From: Mobula hypostoma
Taxonomy: Eukaryota
Direction of reading: 5' to 3'
DNA length: 64,000 nt
Assembly: GCF_963921235.1 (NCBI RefSeq)
Contig: NC_086108.1
Coordinates: 18,166,001 to 18,230,000 of the forward strand
Shown: one piece after another, positions 25,388-38,925 of the stretch
How the letters are laid out: the number at the start of each line of letters is the position of its first letter
Position numbering within the stretch: position 1 is the stretch's first letter
Position numbers and translations under genes: made by a program
Notes under the pieces: generated by a model
Told to the model about the DNA's origin: nothing
Databases searched by the model: none
Seen by the model: only the letters and a program-made list of their open reading frames with translations

Positions 25388-25750
25388 CTGGGCCCAGAAC
25401 ATAAGTGCAATTATGAAGCAAGCATGGCAGCACTACTACTTCCTTAGGAATTTGCGGAAATTTGGCATGACATCTAAAAATTCTATCGGTGTGTTGTGGA
25501 GAGTATATTAACTGGCTGCATCAGAGCCTGGTATAGAAACACCAATGCCTTTGAACAGAAAATTCTACAAAAAGTACTGGATATGGGCCAGTCCATCATG
25601 GATAAAGACCTCCCAATGAGCACATCTACATGAGCCTCAGGACTCACACCACCAGGTTCAGGAACAGTTACTCTCCCTAAATGATCAGGCTCTTGAACAA
25701 AGAGGTAACTTCACTTGCCCCATTATTGTGATATATATGTACTTTGATCA
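25388..25750 (+). mobile_element. Rex1/Babar 3' remnant
   Basis: TACTTCCTTAGG..TTTGGCATG..GTGGAGAGTATATTAACTGGCTGCATC..ACCAGGTTCAGGAACAGTTAC, similar to 33515-33850. Confidence 0.7.
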
Positions 25751-25785
25751 CTTGCTAGTACAAATTCTTTAACAGCCTGATGCTC

Positions 25786-26949
25786 ATAGACAATAGACAA
25801 TAGGTGCAGGAGTAGGTCATTAAGCCCTTCGAGCCAGCACCACCATTCACTGTGATCATAGCTGATCATCCACAATCAGTACCCTTTTCCTGCCTTCTCC
25901 CTATATCCCTTCACTCCGCAATCTTTAAGAGCTCTATCTAACTCTTTTTTGAAAGAATCCAGAGAATTGGCCTCCACTGCCTTCTGAGGCAGAGCATTCC
26001 ACAGAACCACAACCCTCAGTGTGAAAAAGTTTTTCCTCAACTCCATTCTAAATTGTCTACCCCATATTCTTAAACCGTGGCCTACGGTTCTGGACTCCCC
26101 CAACATCGGGAACATGTTTCCTGCCTCTAGCGTGTCCAATCCCTTAATAATCTTATATGTTTCAATCAGATCCCCTCTCTTCCATCTAAATTCCAACGTA
26201 TACAACTCCAGTCGCTCCAATCTTTCAACATATGACAGTCCCGCCATCCCAGGAATTAACCTCGTGAACCTACGCTGCACTCCCTCAATAGCTAGAATGT
26301 CCTTCCTCAAATTTGGACACCAAAACTGTACACAATATTCCAGGTGTGGTCTCACCAGGGCCCTTTACAACTGCAGAAGGACCTCTTTGCTCCTATACTC
26401 AATTCCCCTTGTTATGAAGGCCAGCGTGCCATTAGCTTTCTTCACTGCATGCTTACTTTCGGTGACTGATGAACAAGGACACCTATATCTTGTTGTGCTT
26501 CCCCTTTTGCTAACTTGACACCATTCAGATAGTAATCTGCCTTCCTGTTCTTGCCACCAAAGTGGATAACCTCACATTTATCCACATTAAACTGCATCTG
26601 CCATTGATCTGCCCACTCACCCAACCTGTCCAAGTCACCCTGCATTCTCATAACATCCTCCTCACATTTCAAACTGCCACCCAGCTTTGTGTCATCTGCA
26701 AATTTGCTAATGTTACTTTTAATTCCCTTCATCTAAATCATTAATGTATATTGTAAATAGCTGCGGTCCCAGCACCGAGCCTTGCAGTACCCCACTAGTC
26801 ACTGCCTGCCATTCTGAAAAGGACCCATTAATCCCTACTCTTTGTTTGTTGTCTGCCAACCAATTTTCTATTCATGTCAGTACCCTACTCCCAATACCAT
26901 TTGCTCTAATTTTGCACACTAACCTCCTATGTGGGACCTTATCAAAGGC
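25786..26949 (-). mobile_element. CR1 LINE family D, 5'-truncated
   Basis: ISKFADDTKLGG and RPHLEYCVQFWCP; (TGTCTAT)n tail; sister of 30096-32603. Confidence 0.95.
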
Positions 26950-27102
26950 TCATTTGTCCAAACATTGGTAAGAACGATCATGCATTGACCTTATGATGAT
27001 GCAGCAGAATCCCACAATAGTTCCAAACTATCAGTAGAAATATTCATTGATCTATTCTTTAGATGAATTATTCACAAAAGCATTACAAAATGGATTGATT
27101 CT

Positions 27103-27519
27103 TGTTGTACGTGAATTGATTCACTGGAGAGAAGTATGGCTAGCTATAAAGTAGCTTCTTTATTGAACCAAACAAGATCCAGCAGGCATTTTATAGAGAT
27201 GCTTTCAGTGGAAAGGTCCAACTTGGGGCCCAATAATTTATGTGCAAAACATCAAAGAACATCTTCCTATTGACAATGCATTTACAATGCTTTCTTTGAA
27301 ACTACGCACAAACTCCACACTTCCCAATTTGCATCCACACCAGAGATATCCAAGTGAATTTTAATCAGTACTGTCTGGTCTGGGATTCACGGCTTTTAGA
27401 GACACATTGTTCAGAACTGCACTCCAAATTAAATCTATAATTTATACTCAGACCCAAAGACTGGTGGCCGAAATAATTTGCTAACTGTAAACGTTCTAAA
27501 CCCAAAAATCACTCTAACA
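27103..27519 (-). mobile_element. Solo LTR (417 bp) with 5-bp TSD
   Basis: Begins TGTT, ends AACA with imperfect terminal IR; ATTCT at 27098-27102 and 27520-27524; AATAAA on minus strand near 27160; interrupts the satellite. Confidence 0.8.
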
Positions 27520-30095
27520 ATTCTCATTAGTAAAACAACTCACTGATCTCATCATCAGTTATTGCTCTGATTACCTGTTCATAGTATAAGCAATTATTCT
27601 GATAACCTTCATCCAGTTTCATTGTTGTTCTGTAATTCATTGCTCAGCAGTATCAGTCGTGCAGATTCATTAGTTACTAGTTTTCATTCTGATTCATTAA
27701 TTGGTGGTATTGTTGATTGTTTTGGTTATGGGGCTGCAGAATAATTATGAAAAAGCATAGAATGCTGATTCAAGAAATAAATTTAAAAAGACTGATGGAG
27801 ATATTCAGCAGTCAGGTAGCATCTAGGGAGAGAAAAATATAAAGTTTCAGGTCAATGAACTTTCATGATAACATCAGAATAATAAGGCATTTGATTGGCT
27901 TGTCTGATGAAAACACAGAGAAATGATTAATTGGATTGGTTATTGGTCACCAGAATCAATCATTAGTCTGATTATTGATGAGGAGAATCATTCAATCTGT
28001 TTATTGGTTAGTACAATCATTCATCACTTTATTGGACTGCATGGTTTCTTAATAGATTGATTATTTTTCAGTAAGTACGCGGACCAACCTTTTGTGGAAT
28101 CATGCACAGTATCTAAGTGGAATTTTTTGTTTTTATTATTGGCCATTGGAATAATCTTCCCTATCGGATTATTGAGAATAGAATCATTTCTCAGCCCTGA
28201 TTACTTTTTTGTTGACAATCTGACATTTATTTTTGGTATTGATTAGTCTGATCAATGATTCTTTGACTTGTGATTGGTGAAATCATTTTTTGATTCATTG
28301 GGTGATTATTGTTCACTGAGGTCACTTTGGTGGATGGATCAGATCATTCATCATCAGCATCAATTGTAATGATTATCATCAGAGGATCCATTGGTCAGTA
28401 GAATTACAGTTTGGTCTGTTTATTGATCAGAAAGGCTATGGCTAGGAGATTAATTTATCAGCCTGATTATTGATCTGATTATGGGCCTAGATTATTCTTT
28501 GAAAATGCATTTGAACAGGGAATTAATTAATTATAAGTTATTGGCTTGCAGAATCATTCTTTGTATTGATAGTTGATGGATATAATTATTGATCTGTAGA
28601 ATTGTTTGTCTGTCTGATTAGACATCATGTTTTGTGGAATTATTGACTGGTCAGCTATTGTCAACTGAATCATTTATCAGCTAATAAATTCATAAAATAG
28701 TTTGTGTATTTGGGCAATAGAATTAGTCTTTTGTCTCAATGTCAGTTAACTTTAGTAATTCATGGGAGTGTTTATTATCCAGGAAATTCATTGATTAGTA
28801 TAATCATCGACCAATTGAATCATACAATGTTCTGATAACAATTATTCTACTATTCAAAGATTTTCTCTTAGGAATTTAATCATGTCGTTGATTAATGTTT
28901 AGATAACCATTCACAAACTTAATGCAGGGCAGTGAAATCATTCATGGTCTTTAATTGATGCTTATCAGTTGACCTTTGAACATCTATTGATCATCAATTA
29001 TCAGTAGTGTGCCTTCAAAAACATACCCAGATATACCCAAACCAAAAACCATGGAATGAACTAGAAGATTCATAGTCTGCTGAGGGCTAGATCGGTGGTA
29101 TTCAAGATTGGTGGTCCAGAACTACACAAGAAGCCCAGGTATGACCTATGGAAGGTTATTTTAAGAATAATAAAACAACTCAACTTGAGGTTGAGATGGA
29201 ATTAGGTGCATGCCAACAGTGGCAGGGTTTGAAGGCCATTACTTCCTACAAGGCAAAATCTAATATCTTGAATGGCTGTGATGCTTCACTCTTGGATCAA
29301 CAAAACACCTTTCATGCATGCTTTGAAATGGAGAATAAAACTATTCTCCATCTGGTGACCCTGTAATCTCTGTCTCGGAGGCCAATGTCAGAACGTCTTT
29401 TGAGAGGGTGAACCCTTGCAAGGTATCAGGCCCTGATGGGAGAGCATTGAAAACCTGTGCTAGCCAACTGGTGGAGTGCAGAAGGACATCTTCAATCTCT
29501 CACTGCTGCAGTTGGAGGTTTCCATCTGCTTCAAATGGGCAAAAGTCATACCAATGCCCAAGAAGAATAGGGTGAACTGCCTCAATGACTATTGCCCAGT
29601 TGTGATGAAGTGCTTTGAGAAGTTGGTCATGACCAGAATCAACTCCTGCCTAAGCAAGGTCCTGAATGTGTTGCAATTTGCCTATTGTCACAATGTCTAC
29701 AGCAGATGCAATCTCACTGGTTCTCCACTCAGCCTTGGATCACCTAGACAATACTATATCAGGCTGCTGTTTATTAACTACAGCTCGACATTCAACACAA
29801 TCATACTCTCAGGTCTAATCAGTAAGCTCCAAAGCCTGGGCCCCTGTACCAACCTCTGCAACTGAATGCTTGACTGCCTTGTTGGGAGACCATAGTCAGT
29901 GTGGATCAGAAATAACATCTAATACTTGCTGACAATTAACACTGGAGCACCTCAAGGATGTGTGCTTAGCCCACTGCTCTACTCTCTACAGCCACAGCTA
30001 TGTGGTTAGACAAAGCTCAAAAGCCTAACCACACATAAATTACTGTTGGCAGAATTTCAGATGGTGACAAGATGGTGCACAGGAGTGACATAGAT

Positions 30096-32603
30096 AATAG
30101 ACAATAGACACTAGGTGCATGAATAGGCCATTTGGCCCTTCGAGCCAGCACCGCCATTCACTGTGATCATGGCTGATCATCCACTATCAGTATCCAGTTC
30201 CTGCCTTATTCCCATAACCTTTGATTCCACTATCTTTAAGAGCTCTATCCATCTCTTTTTTGAAAGCGTCCAGAGACTTGGCCTCCACAGTCTTCTGGGG
30301 CAGAGCATTCCATATATCCACCAGTCTCTGGGTGAAAAAGTTTTTCCTCAACTCTGTTCTAAATGTCCTACCCCTAATTCTTAAACTGTGGCCTCTGGTT
30401 CTGGACTCACCCATCAGCGGGAACATGCTTCCTGCCTGCAGCGTGTCCAATCCCTTAATAATCTTCTATGTTTCAATAAGATCCCCTCTCAACCTTCTAA
30501 ATTCCAGAGTATACAAGCCCAGTCGCTCCAACCTTTCGACATATGACAGTCCCGCCATCCCGGGAATTAACCTTGTGAACCTACACTGCACTCCCTCAAT
30601 AGCAAGAATGTCCTTCCTCAAATTTGGAGACCAAAGCTGCACACAGTACTCCAGATGTGGTCTCACCAGGGCCCTGTACAGCTGCAGAAGGACCTCTTTG
30701 TTATGAAGGCCAGCATGCCATTAGCTTTCTTCACTGCCTGCTGTACTTGGATGCTTGCTTTCAGTGACTGATGTACAAGAACACCTAGATCTCGTTGTGC
30801 TTCCCCTTTCCCTAACTTGTCTCCATTTAGATAATAATCTGCCTTCCTGTTCTTACCACCAAAGTGGATAACCTCACATTTATCCACATTAAACTGCATC
30901 TGCCATGCATCTTCCCACTCACCCAGCCTGTCCAAGTCACCCTGCATTCTCATAACATCCTCCTCACATTTCACACTGCCACCCAGCTTTGTGTCATCTG
31001 CAAATTTGCTAATGTTACTTTTAATTCCCTCATCTAAATCATTGATATATATTGTAAACAGCTGTGGTCCCAGCACTGAACCCTGCAGTACCCCACTGGT
31101 CACCGCCTGCCATTCCGAAAGGGACCCGTTAATCGCTACTCTTTGTTTTCTGTCAGCCAGCCAATTTTCAATCCATGTCAGTACTCTGCCCCCAGTACCA
31201 TGTGCCCTAATTTTTCCCACTAATCTCCTATGTGGGACTTTATTAAAGGCTTTCTGAAAGTCCAGGTACACTACATCCACTGGCTCTCCCTTGTCCATTT
31301 TCATAGTTACATCCTCAAAAAATTCCAGAAGATTAGTCAAGCATGATTTCCCCTTCGTAAATCCATGCTGACTCGGACCAATCCTGTTACTATTATCCAG
31401 ATGTGTCGTAATTTCATCTTTTCACTCCAGCATCTTTCCCACCACTGACGTCAGGCTAACCAGTCTATAATTCCCTGATTTCTCTCTTCCTCCCTTCTTG
31501 AAGAGAGGGACAACATTAGCCACCCTCCAATCCACAGGAACTGATCCTGAATCTATAGAACATTGGAAAATGATTACCAATGCGTCCACGATTTCTAAAG
31601 CCACTTCCTTAAGTACCCTGGGATGCAGACCATCAGGTCCCTGGGGACTTATCAGCCTTCAGACCTAACAGCCTATCCAACACCATTTCCTGCCTAATAT
31701 AAATTTCCTTCAATTCATCCATTACCCTAGGTCCTTTGGCCACTATTACATCTGGGAGATTGTTTGTGTCTTCCCTAGTGAAGACAGATCCAAAGTACCT
31801 GTTCAACTCGTCTGCTATTTCCTTGTTCCCCATAATAAATTCACCCGCTTCTGTCTTCAAGGGCCCAATTTTGGTCTTAACTATTTTTTTCCTTTTCACA
31901 TACCTAAAGAAGCTTTTATTATCCTTCTTTATATTCTTGGCTAGTTTACCTTCGTATCTCATTTTCTCTCCGCGTATTGCCTTTTTAGTTACCTTCTGTT
32001 GCTCTTTAAAAGTTTCCCAATCCTCTGGCTTCCCACTCATCTTTGCTATGTTATACTTCTTCTCTTTCATTTTTATACTGTCCATTACTTCCCTTGTCAG
32101 CCACGACCTCCCCTTACTCCCCTTAGGATCTTTCTTCCTCTTTGGAATGAACTGATCCTGCACCTTCCGCATTATTCCCAGAAACACTTGCCATTGCTGT
32201 TCCACTGTCATCCCTGCTAGGGTATTGTTCCATTGAACTTTGGCCAGCTCCTCCCTCATAGCACCATAGTTCCCTTTGTTCAACTGTAATACTGACACTT
32301 CTGAGTTTCCCCTCTCCCTCTCAAATAGTAGATTAAAACGTATCATATTATGGTCACTACCTCTTAATGGCTCCTTTACCTCGAGGTCCCTGATCAAATC
32401 CGGTTCATTGCACAACACTAAATCTAGAATTGTGTTCTCTCTGGTAGGCTCCAGTACAAGCTGTTCTAAGAATCCATCTCGGAGGAACTCCACAAACTCC
32501 CTTTCTTGGGGTCCAGTACCAACCTGATTCCTCCAGTCTACCTGCATGTTGAAGTCCCCCATAACAACTGTAGCATTACCTTTGCGACATGCCAATTTTA
32601 ACT
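30096..32603 (-). mobile_element. CR1 LINE family D, near-complete ORF2 pseudogene nested in Rex1
   Basis: MGDFN, PTRENTILDLV and GSDHNMI (APE); YLDFQKAF and FADDTK (RT); (TGTCTAT)n tail. Confidence 0.95.
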
Positions 32604-32813
32604 CGGCTGGTTGAATGGTTTCGCCACAACAACCTTGCACTCAACGTCAGTAAGGACAAGGAATTGATTGTGGACTTCAGGAAGGGGAAGTCGAGGGAAC
32701 ACACACCAGTCTTCATCAAGAGATCAGCAGTGGAAAGGGCTCAGCAGTTTCATGTTCCTGGGTGTCAACATATGAGGATCTATCCTGGGTTAACATATTG
32801 GTGCAATTACAAA

Positions 32814-33510
32814 TGTAGCCCCCTGATAAGCCTCAGGCTCGCTCAGCTCGCTTCCATCTAGGGGGAGCAGCCTTTGGCCCCACCAACCTGGGTAATCAAG
32901 TTTGTGCAGATGCTATGTGATGTACCCCACCCCACCAATTAACAGACAGCACACCATATGCGATTAAATGATTACACTTTATAGATCTTACTGGAAGTAT
33001 GTAATTAATAGAGATACAGTATAAAAGGAAAGTAAAAGGTGCCAGACTTATCAAAGTTCAACTACTTCGTGCACAACCGTTGGAGCTCAATTAATGGAGT
33101 TTTCTTTCCACCATTCGATCCCCTCCGACCTCTCGACCCGCCGCCTGGGACCAACCACGGTGGTCGACCAGAGCACGTCCAGCTTGTCCTTCCTCTTCGG
33201 TTCTCCTCCCGAAAAGCCCTGGGCCTCAGACTCCCTCATGGGTCCGATCCTCGCCCAGCTCACAGCATCGCATCTCCTCTCTCTGTCCCCAAGGCGCCTT
33301 CTCCCCAAAGCCCGCGAAAAGAATAGCTTACAGACAAACAAGAAGGTATAACATCTATCCCAATTGGTTAGCAAATGAATACAATTCTCGTTATCAGTAA
33401 TTATAACCCAAACAAGCTGCTAGAGAGAGAACCACCGTCTCAGCAGTTAACATCATATAGAAGCCATTTTATTAGCCTGAGCAATAACATAAAAGAAGAA
33501 ACCCCTTACA
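32814..33510. mobile_element. Solo LTR (697 bp), 4-bp TSD, Gypsy- or ERV-type
   Basis: TGTA...TACA termini; CAAA at 32810-32813 and 33511-33514; CpG-rich interior; splits Rex1. Confidence 0.85.
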
Positions 33511-34009
33511 CAAAGAAGGCTATATTTCATTAGAAGTTTGTGGAGGCTTGTTAAGAGTCTCATAAATTTATACAGATGTACTGTGGAGATTAGTCTAACC
33601 AGTGTGGTATGGAGTGGCCATTGCATAGGAATTGAAAAAGCTGCAGAAAGATTCAAACTCAGCCAGCTCTATCATGGGCATTAGCCTTCCCAACATCAAG
33701 AACATCTTCAAAAGATGATGACTCGAAAGGCATCCATCATGAAGAATCCTTCACACCCAGGACATGCCCCCTCCTCATTGCTACCATCAAGCAGGAGGTA
33801 CAGAAGCCTGAAGACACACACTCAGTGTTTTAGGAACAGATTCTTCCTTACCACCATCAGATTTCTGAATAGATAATGAATATTGAACTACCTCACCATT
33901 TTTTGCTCTCATTTTGCACTATTATTTATTTAATTTATAAAATAATATAAAATAATTTGTCATTTGTGAAATTTTTATTTATTCTGATCAATGGCAGAAT
34001 TACTCTATT

Positions 34010-34525
34010 CAAGCACAACAGTACAGAAAGATAGGAGCAGGAGTTGGTTACATGGCCCCTCAAACCTGCCTCACCATTCAATATCATTATGATTTGGTCT
34101 ACGGCAGGCCTCATTGGTTCTGTGTCAAATTCCCCATTGCCCAAAATCATCCTGAGATTCCAGACATTGATATACTTCCAGTTTAAATACTGATAGTAGA
34201 TAAACTGATAGTAGATAAAGAAATCCAGAGATTCATCCTCAGACAATAAATTTCCACCTAGCTCAGTTTTTTAATGCTGGTGCACGTTTAAATCCATTCC
34301 CCATCATTCAAGATGCTTCCACTACTGAAAACATTTCATCCTCGACTACATAACCCTCCACCTTACCCCATCCTTTAAACTTGCCCGATACAGATCCAAA
34401 TTGCTTAATCTCCTTTAACAGAGTAATATTCTCATCCCAGAAATTAGCCTAGTGAATCTTCTTTGGACTTCTTCCAGTGCCACTGCATCTGTCCCTTGAC
34501 AGGCTGACTGTGTATGGTACTCCAA
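34010..34525 (-). mobile_element. Old CR1 3' remnant
   Basis: ATAGGAGCAGGAG..GGCCCCTCAAACCTGCC..CCATTCAAT and CTCATCCCAGAAATTAGCCTAGTGAATCTT resemble other CR1 reverse strands in the window. Confidence 0.6.
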
Positions 34526-34756
34526 AGTTAACATCATCATCAATTTGATTTTTCTTTCTCCGTTACTCAATGTCAATGTAATCATTATTACTAAGTAAAA
34601 AGTAATGATTTGTTTTTTGATTCAGTCAAATTATTGGTGTGGATTGTAATAATTTTTACCAGCTCCTTTTGAAAGTCCATTACTTTGAACAAATACAATG
34701 TTTCTTGCTCCGGGAACCTGCTGTCTTTCCATTTTTTTTTGCTTCAAAGATTGCTT

Positions 34757-35300
34757 TAAAGGTTCAAAGGTTCCTTTATTATCAAAGTATACAACTCTGA
34801 AATTCTTCAATTCTCCAGGTAGGCGTGAAACCAAGAAAGAAAAGAAAGGCAGCACAATCATCGACTCCCAAATACCACCTGCCCGCAAAAAGAAATGAAC
34901 AAAAACAGAACAGCTCCACTCACCACCAAATCCCCTCTCCTGCACCAAAACCAAGCAAAGTAGACCAGGCACATTGACCCCCAAGTCCCTCATCCCACAC
35001 AAAAAAACAAACAAAACGGATCTGGCACATCAGCCTCCCCGCACCAAAAAACCTGAGAAGATTGGGTGAAAAAACAGAATATAAAAACTATACGACTGAA
35101 AATTTGAGTCTGTAGTCTAAAGTACACATCCAAAATGCAGAAAAAAACCTGGACAACAATCTCTGGGTACAGCAGCCAGCTCTCCCCTCTCCAGCACAGA
35201 GCAACCGATCAACAGATAGGCTCGTCCTCATCCTTGGCACTTGTTTTGATGCTTCAATCTCCCTCATTCCTCTAATCAACGAACAATGGAAGCTGATTTT
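34757..35300 (-). mobile_element. Non-autonomous LINE-derived repeat fragment
   Basis: (GAACCTTT)n tail after AATAAA on the minus strand; architecture like 20597-21607. Confidence 0.4.
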
Positions 35301-35440
35301 CTGTTTTATTTCCAGTATCTACAGCGATTTAAATTTGGGAGACTCTTTTGGTTGGACAATAGCATTATTTTCTCTATTGTTAATTAGTCAGTTGAATCAT
35401 ACTTTGCACAGCTTATTCATCAGATGTGGCACCGGAAAGA

Positions 35441-35612
35441 CTGCTGGGTTCAAGTTGCTTCCCACAGAACGGCCGCTGGGTTCAAGTTGCTTCCCACAGA
35501 ACGGCCGCTGGGTTCAAGTTGCTTCTCACAGAACAGCTGCTGGGTTCGAGTTGCTTCCCATAGAATGGCTGCTGGGTTCGAGTCGCTCCCCACAGACCGG
35601 CAGCTGGGTTTG
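35441..35612 (+). repeat. GC-rich 32-bp minisatellite, ~5.4 copies
   Basis: Unit CYGCTGGGTTCRAGTTGCTTCCCACAGAACGG repeated head-to-tail. Confidence 0.95.
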
Positions 35613-35789
35613 AGCGCTTGCTCTCCCCAATGCTCTCGGAGATGTTATTGAAATTCTGAGATTAATGGATTGGTCTGTAGTTCATATTGGTCTCTTTCAG
35701 TTTTGTCTTTTTTTGTGTTCTTACCTTTTCTTTCTTGTTGCCAATTAGTGGGCTGGGGGCTTTGGGGTTTGATGTTCTTGTTGTTGTGA

Positions 35790-37115
35790 AAAAGCCAAAA
35801 GGAGAGAAAAGAGGAAGTATAAAGGTAAGGTAGCCGGTAATATAAAAGAGGACACCAAAAATTATATAAAAAATAAAGGAGAGGAAAGAGTGGATATCAG
35901 ATCACTGGAAAATTATGTTGGAGAGGTACTAGAGGGGTCAAAGAAATGACAAACGAACTTAATAAGTAATTTGCATCAGTCTTCACTGTGGAAGACACTA
36001 GCAGTATGCCAGAAATGCAAGAGTGTCAGGATGTAGTAGTGAGTGTACTTGCTATTACTAAGGAGAAGGCGCTTGGGAAGCTGAAAGATCTGAAGGTAGA
36101 TAAGCCATCTTGGCCATTGGGCCAGATAGATTACAACACTCCAGTGTTCTGAAAGAGGCAGCTGAAGAGATTGTGGAGGCATTGTTAATGATCTTTTAAG
36201 AATCACTAGATCCTGGAATAGTTTTGGAGGACTGGAAAATTGCAAATGTCACTCCACTCTTTAAGAATGGGGGGGGCAGAAGAAAGGAAATTATTGGCTA
36301 ATTAGCCTGACCTCAGTGTTCTTGGAGTCCATTATTAAGGATGAGGTTTTGGGGTACTTGGAGTTGCATGGTAAAGTAGACCAAAGACAGCATGGTTTCC
36401 TTGAGGGTAAATCTTGCCTGACAGATCATACAGGATTCCCTAATGGTTAACTTGCAGGTTGAGTCCGTGGTAAGGAAGGCAAATACAATTTAATATTCAT
36501 TTGGAGAGGACTAGAATATACCTGTAAAAACAAGGATGTAATGGTGAGGTTTTATTGCATTGGTCGGACCATACCTGGAGTATTGTGAGCAGTTTTGGAC
36601 TCCTTATCTGAGAAAAGATTGGCTAGCATTAGAGAAGGTCCAGAGGAGGTTCACAAGTATGATTCTGTGAATGAAAGGGTTAACATACAATATGGGGAAT
36701 GTTTGATGGCTGGAGTTTATAAGAATGAGTGGTGATCTCATTGAAACCTATCAACTAATGAAAGGCCTAGAAGTGGATGTGTAAATGATGCTCCCTATAG
36801 TAGGGGAGTCTAGGACCAAAGGGCACAGTCTCGTAATAGAGGGGCATCCTTCAGAACAGAGATAAGAAGCAATTTCTTTAGCCAGATGGTAGCGATTCTG
36901 TGGAATTTATTGCCATGGCCCCTCTGGAGGCCAAGTCATTGGGTATATTTAAAGCAGATTTTGATAGGTTTTTGATTAGTAAGGTTGTCGAAGGTTATGT
37001 GGAGAAAGCAGGACATTGGGGTTGAGAGGGATAATAAATCTGTCAAGATGGAATGGCAGAGCAGACTTGCTGGGCTGCATGGCATAATTCTTCTCCTATG
37101 TCTTATCGTCTTATG
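35790..37115 (+). mobile_element. Decayed, internally deleted CR1 (family B-like)
   Basis: GAGGACTGGAAAATTGCAAATGTCACTCC and CTGGAGTATTGTGAGCAGTTTTGG; CTTATGG tail. Confidence 0.85.
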
Positions 37116-37159
37116 GAATCATTCTTTGGTTATTCATCAAATTATGGGTCAAATTAAAG

Positions 37160-37650
37160 AGTGCTGTCACAGCAGATCAGTATCCATTATCAAGGAACCC
37201 CATACATCCAGGCCATGCTCACTTCTTGATGCCGTTATTAGGAAGGATGTACAGGACCCTGAGGTCCCCTCACACCAGATTCAGGAATTGTTATTTCCCT
37301 TCAGTCATCGGGATCTTGAAATAAAGAGGATAATTTCACCCAACTTCACTCACCCCATACACTGAACTGGTTCCACAAACTATGGACTCACTTTCAAGGA
37401 CTCTGCAACCCTTGATATTTATTTGTTAATTATTTATTAGTATTGTTTGTTTCTTTTATTATATTTGCACAGTTTGTCTTTTGTATGTTGGTATTTTGTA
37501 CATTGTGCATCTTTGTTTTGTGCGCATGTTTTTATTGATTCTACCGTGTTTCTTTGCATTTTGTGTGAATGCCTGTGAGAAAACTAATATCAGGATAGTA
37601 TGGTGATATATACCATATGTACTTTAATAAAAAATGTATTTTGAACTTAG
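37160..37650 (+). mobile_element. Rex1/Babar 3' end remnant
   Basis: TCCATTATCAAGGAACCCCA..CCAGGCCATGCTC..CACCAGATTCAGGAA; AATAAA..TTTGAACTT tail. Confidence 0.75.
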
Positions 37651-38194
37651 ATTAATTTATGTGTCTCTATTGCATAGCATAACAATCATTGGACTAATCT
37701 GTTATGATTTTTTCGTCAATCAGTAGAATCATTCACTCAGTTAAATTAATAGTCAATAGATTGATTTAGCAGTGCGGATATTGTTCAGAATAATTAATTT
37801 TATTTATGATTGAATAAAAAAAATAATATTTGACTCTGACTCTGCTGGTTAAAATCATTCCCCAGCCTTATTATTGGTTGGTAGAAGAATTGAAATAACC
37901 TAATTATCAAATTGATTACTTGTTAGTGTAAGTAATCTGATTATTGGTTAATAAAATAATTATTCATCAGTCATTAGTCAATGATTCATTTACTGGTCTG
38001 GTTATTGATCAATGAATCAGGCACCAATCTGATTATTGGTTAATGGATTTATTCATGCGTGTTATTATTGGTCAATAAGATTATTTTGAATTTAGATCAG
38101 TAAAGTTATTTTTTTGAATATTGATAAACAGAATAATTCATTGTTCGCATTAAATTTACTCATCATTCTGATTATTGTGCAGTTTCATTAGTAA

Positions 38195-38925
38195 CCGGGA
38201 GTATCAGGGTGGAAGTGAGAGTAGTTTTTATTACTAAGGAGAAGGAGCTAGGGAAGCTGAAAGGTCTGAAGGTAGATAAGTCAAGTGGACCAGATGGACT
38301 ACACCACAGGGTTCTGAAAGAGGGAGCTAAAGAGTTTGTGGAGGCATTAGTAATAATCTTTCAAAAATCACTAGATTCTGGAATAATTCCGGAGGACTGG
38401 AAAATTGCAAATGTCACTCCACTCTTTAAGAAGGGAGGGAGGAAGAAAAAAGGAAACTATAGGCCAGTTAGCTTGACTTCAGAGTTTGGGAAAATGGAGT
38501 CCATTATTAAGGATGAGGTTTCGGGGTACTTTGAGATGCTTTGAGATAAAGTAGGCCAAAGGGGAAATCTTGCCTGACAAAAATGTTGGAATTCTTTGAG
38601 GAAATAATTGGCACAATACACAAAGGAGAGTCTCTGAACATTGTTGGATTTTCAGAAAGCCTTTGACAAGGTACTGAACATCAGGCTGGTATTACAGGAA
38701 AGATATTAGTATGGATAGAACATTGGCTGACCAGCCGGGGGCATGAGTGGGAATAAAGGGGGCCTATTCTGGTTGGCTGCCAGTGACTAGTGATGTCCAC
38801 AGAGGCAGTATTGAGACCGCTTCTTTTGATGTTATATGTCAGTGTTTTAGATCACAGAATTGACGGACTTGTGGCTAAAATTGCAGACAAGATGAAGATG
38901 GGTGGAGAAGTAGATAGTGTTGAAC
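38195..38925 (+). mobile_element. Internal CR1 RT fragment
   Basis: ORF 38209-38544 KVDKSSGPDGLH..PEDWKIANVTPLFKKG..GNYRPVSLTS. Confidence 0.9.

Larger units (their letters stand above)
29010..33960 (+). mobile_element. Decayed Rex1/Babar LINE split by a CR1 and a solo LTR
   Basis: DIFNLSL, CLNDYCPV, LQFAY and GAPQGCVLSPLL before 30095; resumes LVEWFRHNNLALNVSKDKELIVDFRK at 32604 and again at 33515. Confidence 0.85.

Noticed and set aside
26021..26518. Repeated antisense ORFs (also 30221-30706, 8726-9064, 43157-43495)
   Set aside because: Shadows of CR1 ORF2 on the opposite strand; no independent coding evidence.
35441..35612. CRISPR array
   Set aside because: Units are head-to-tail with no unique spacers, there are no cas genes, and the context is eukaryotic.
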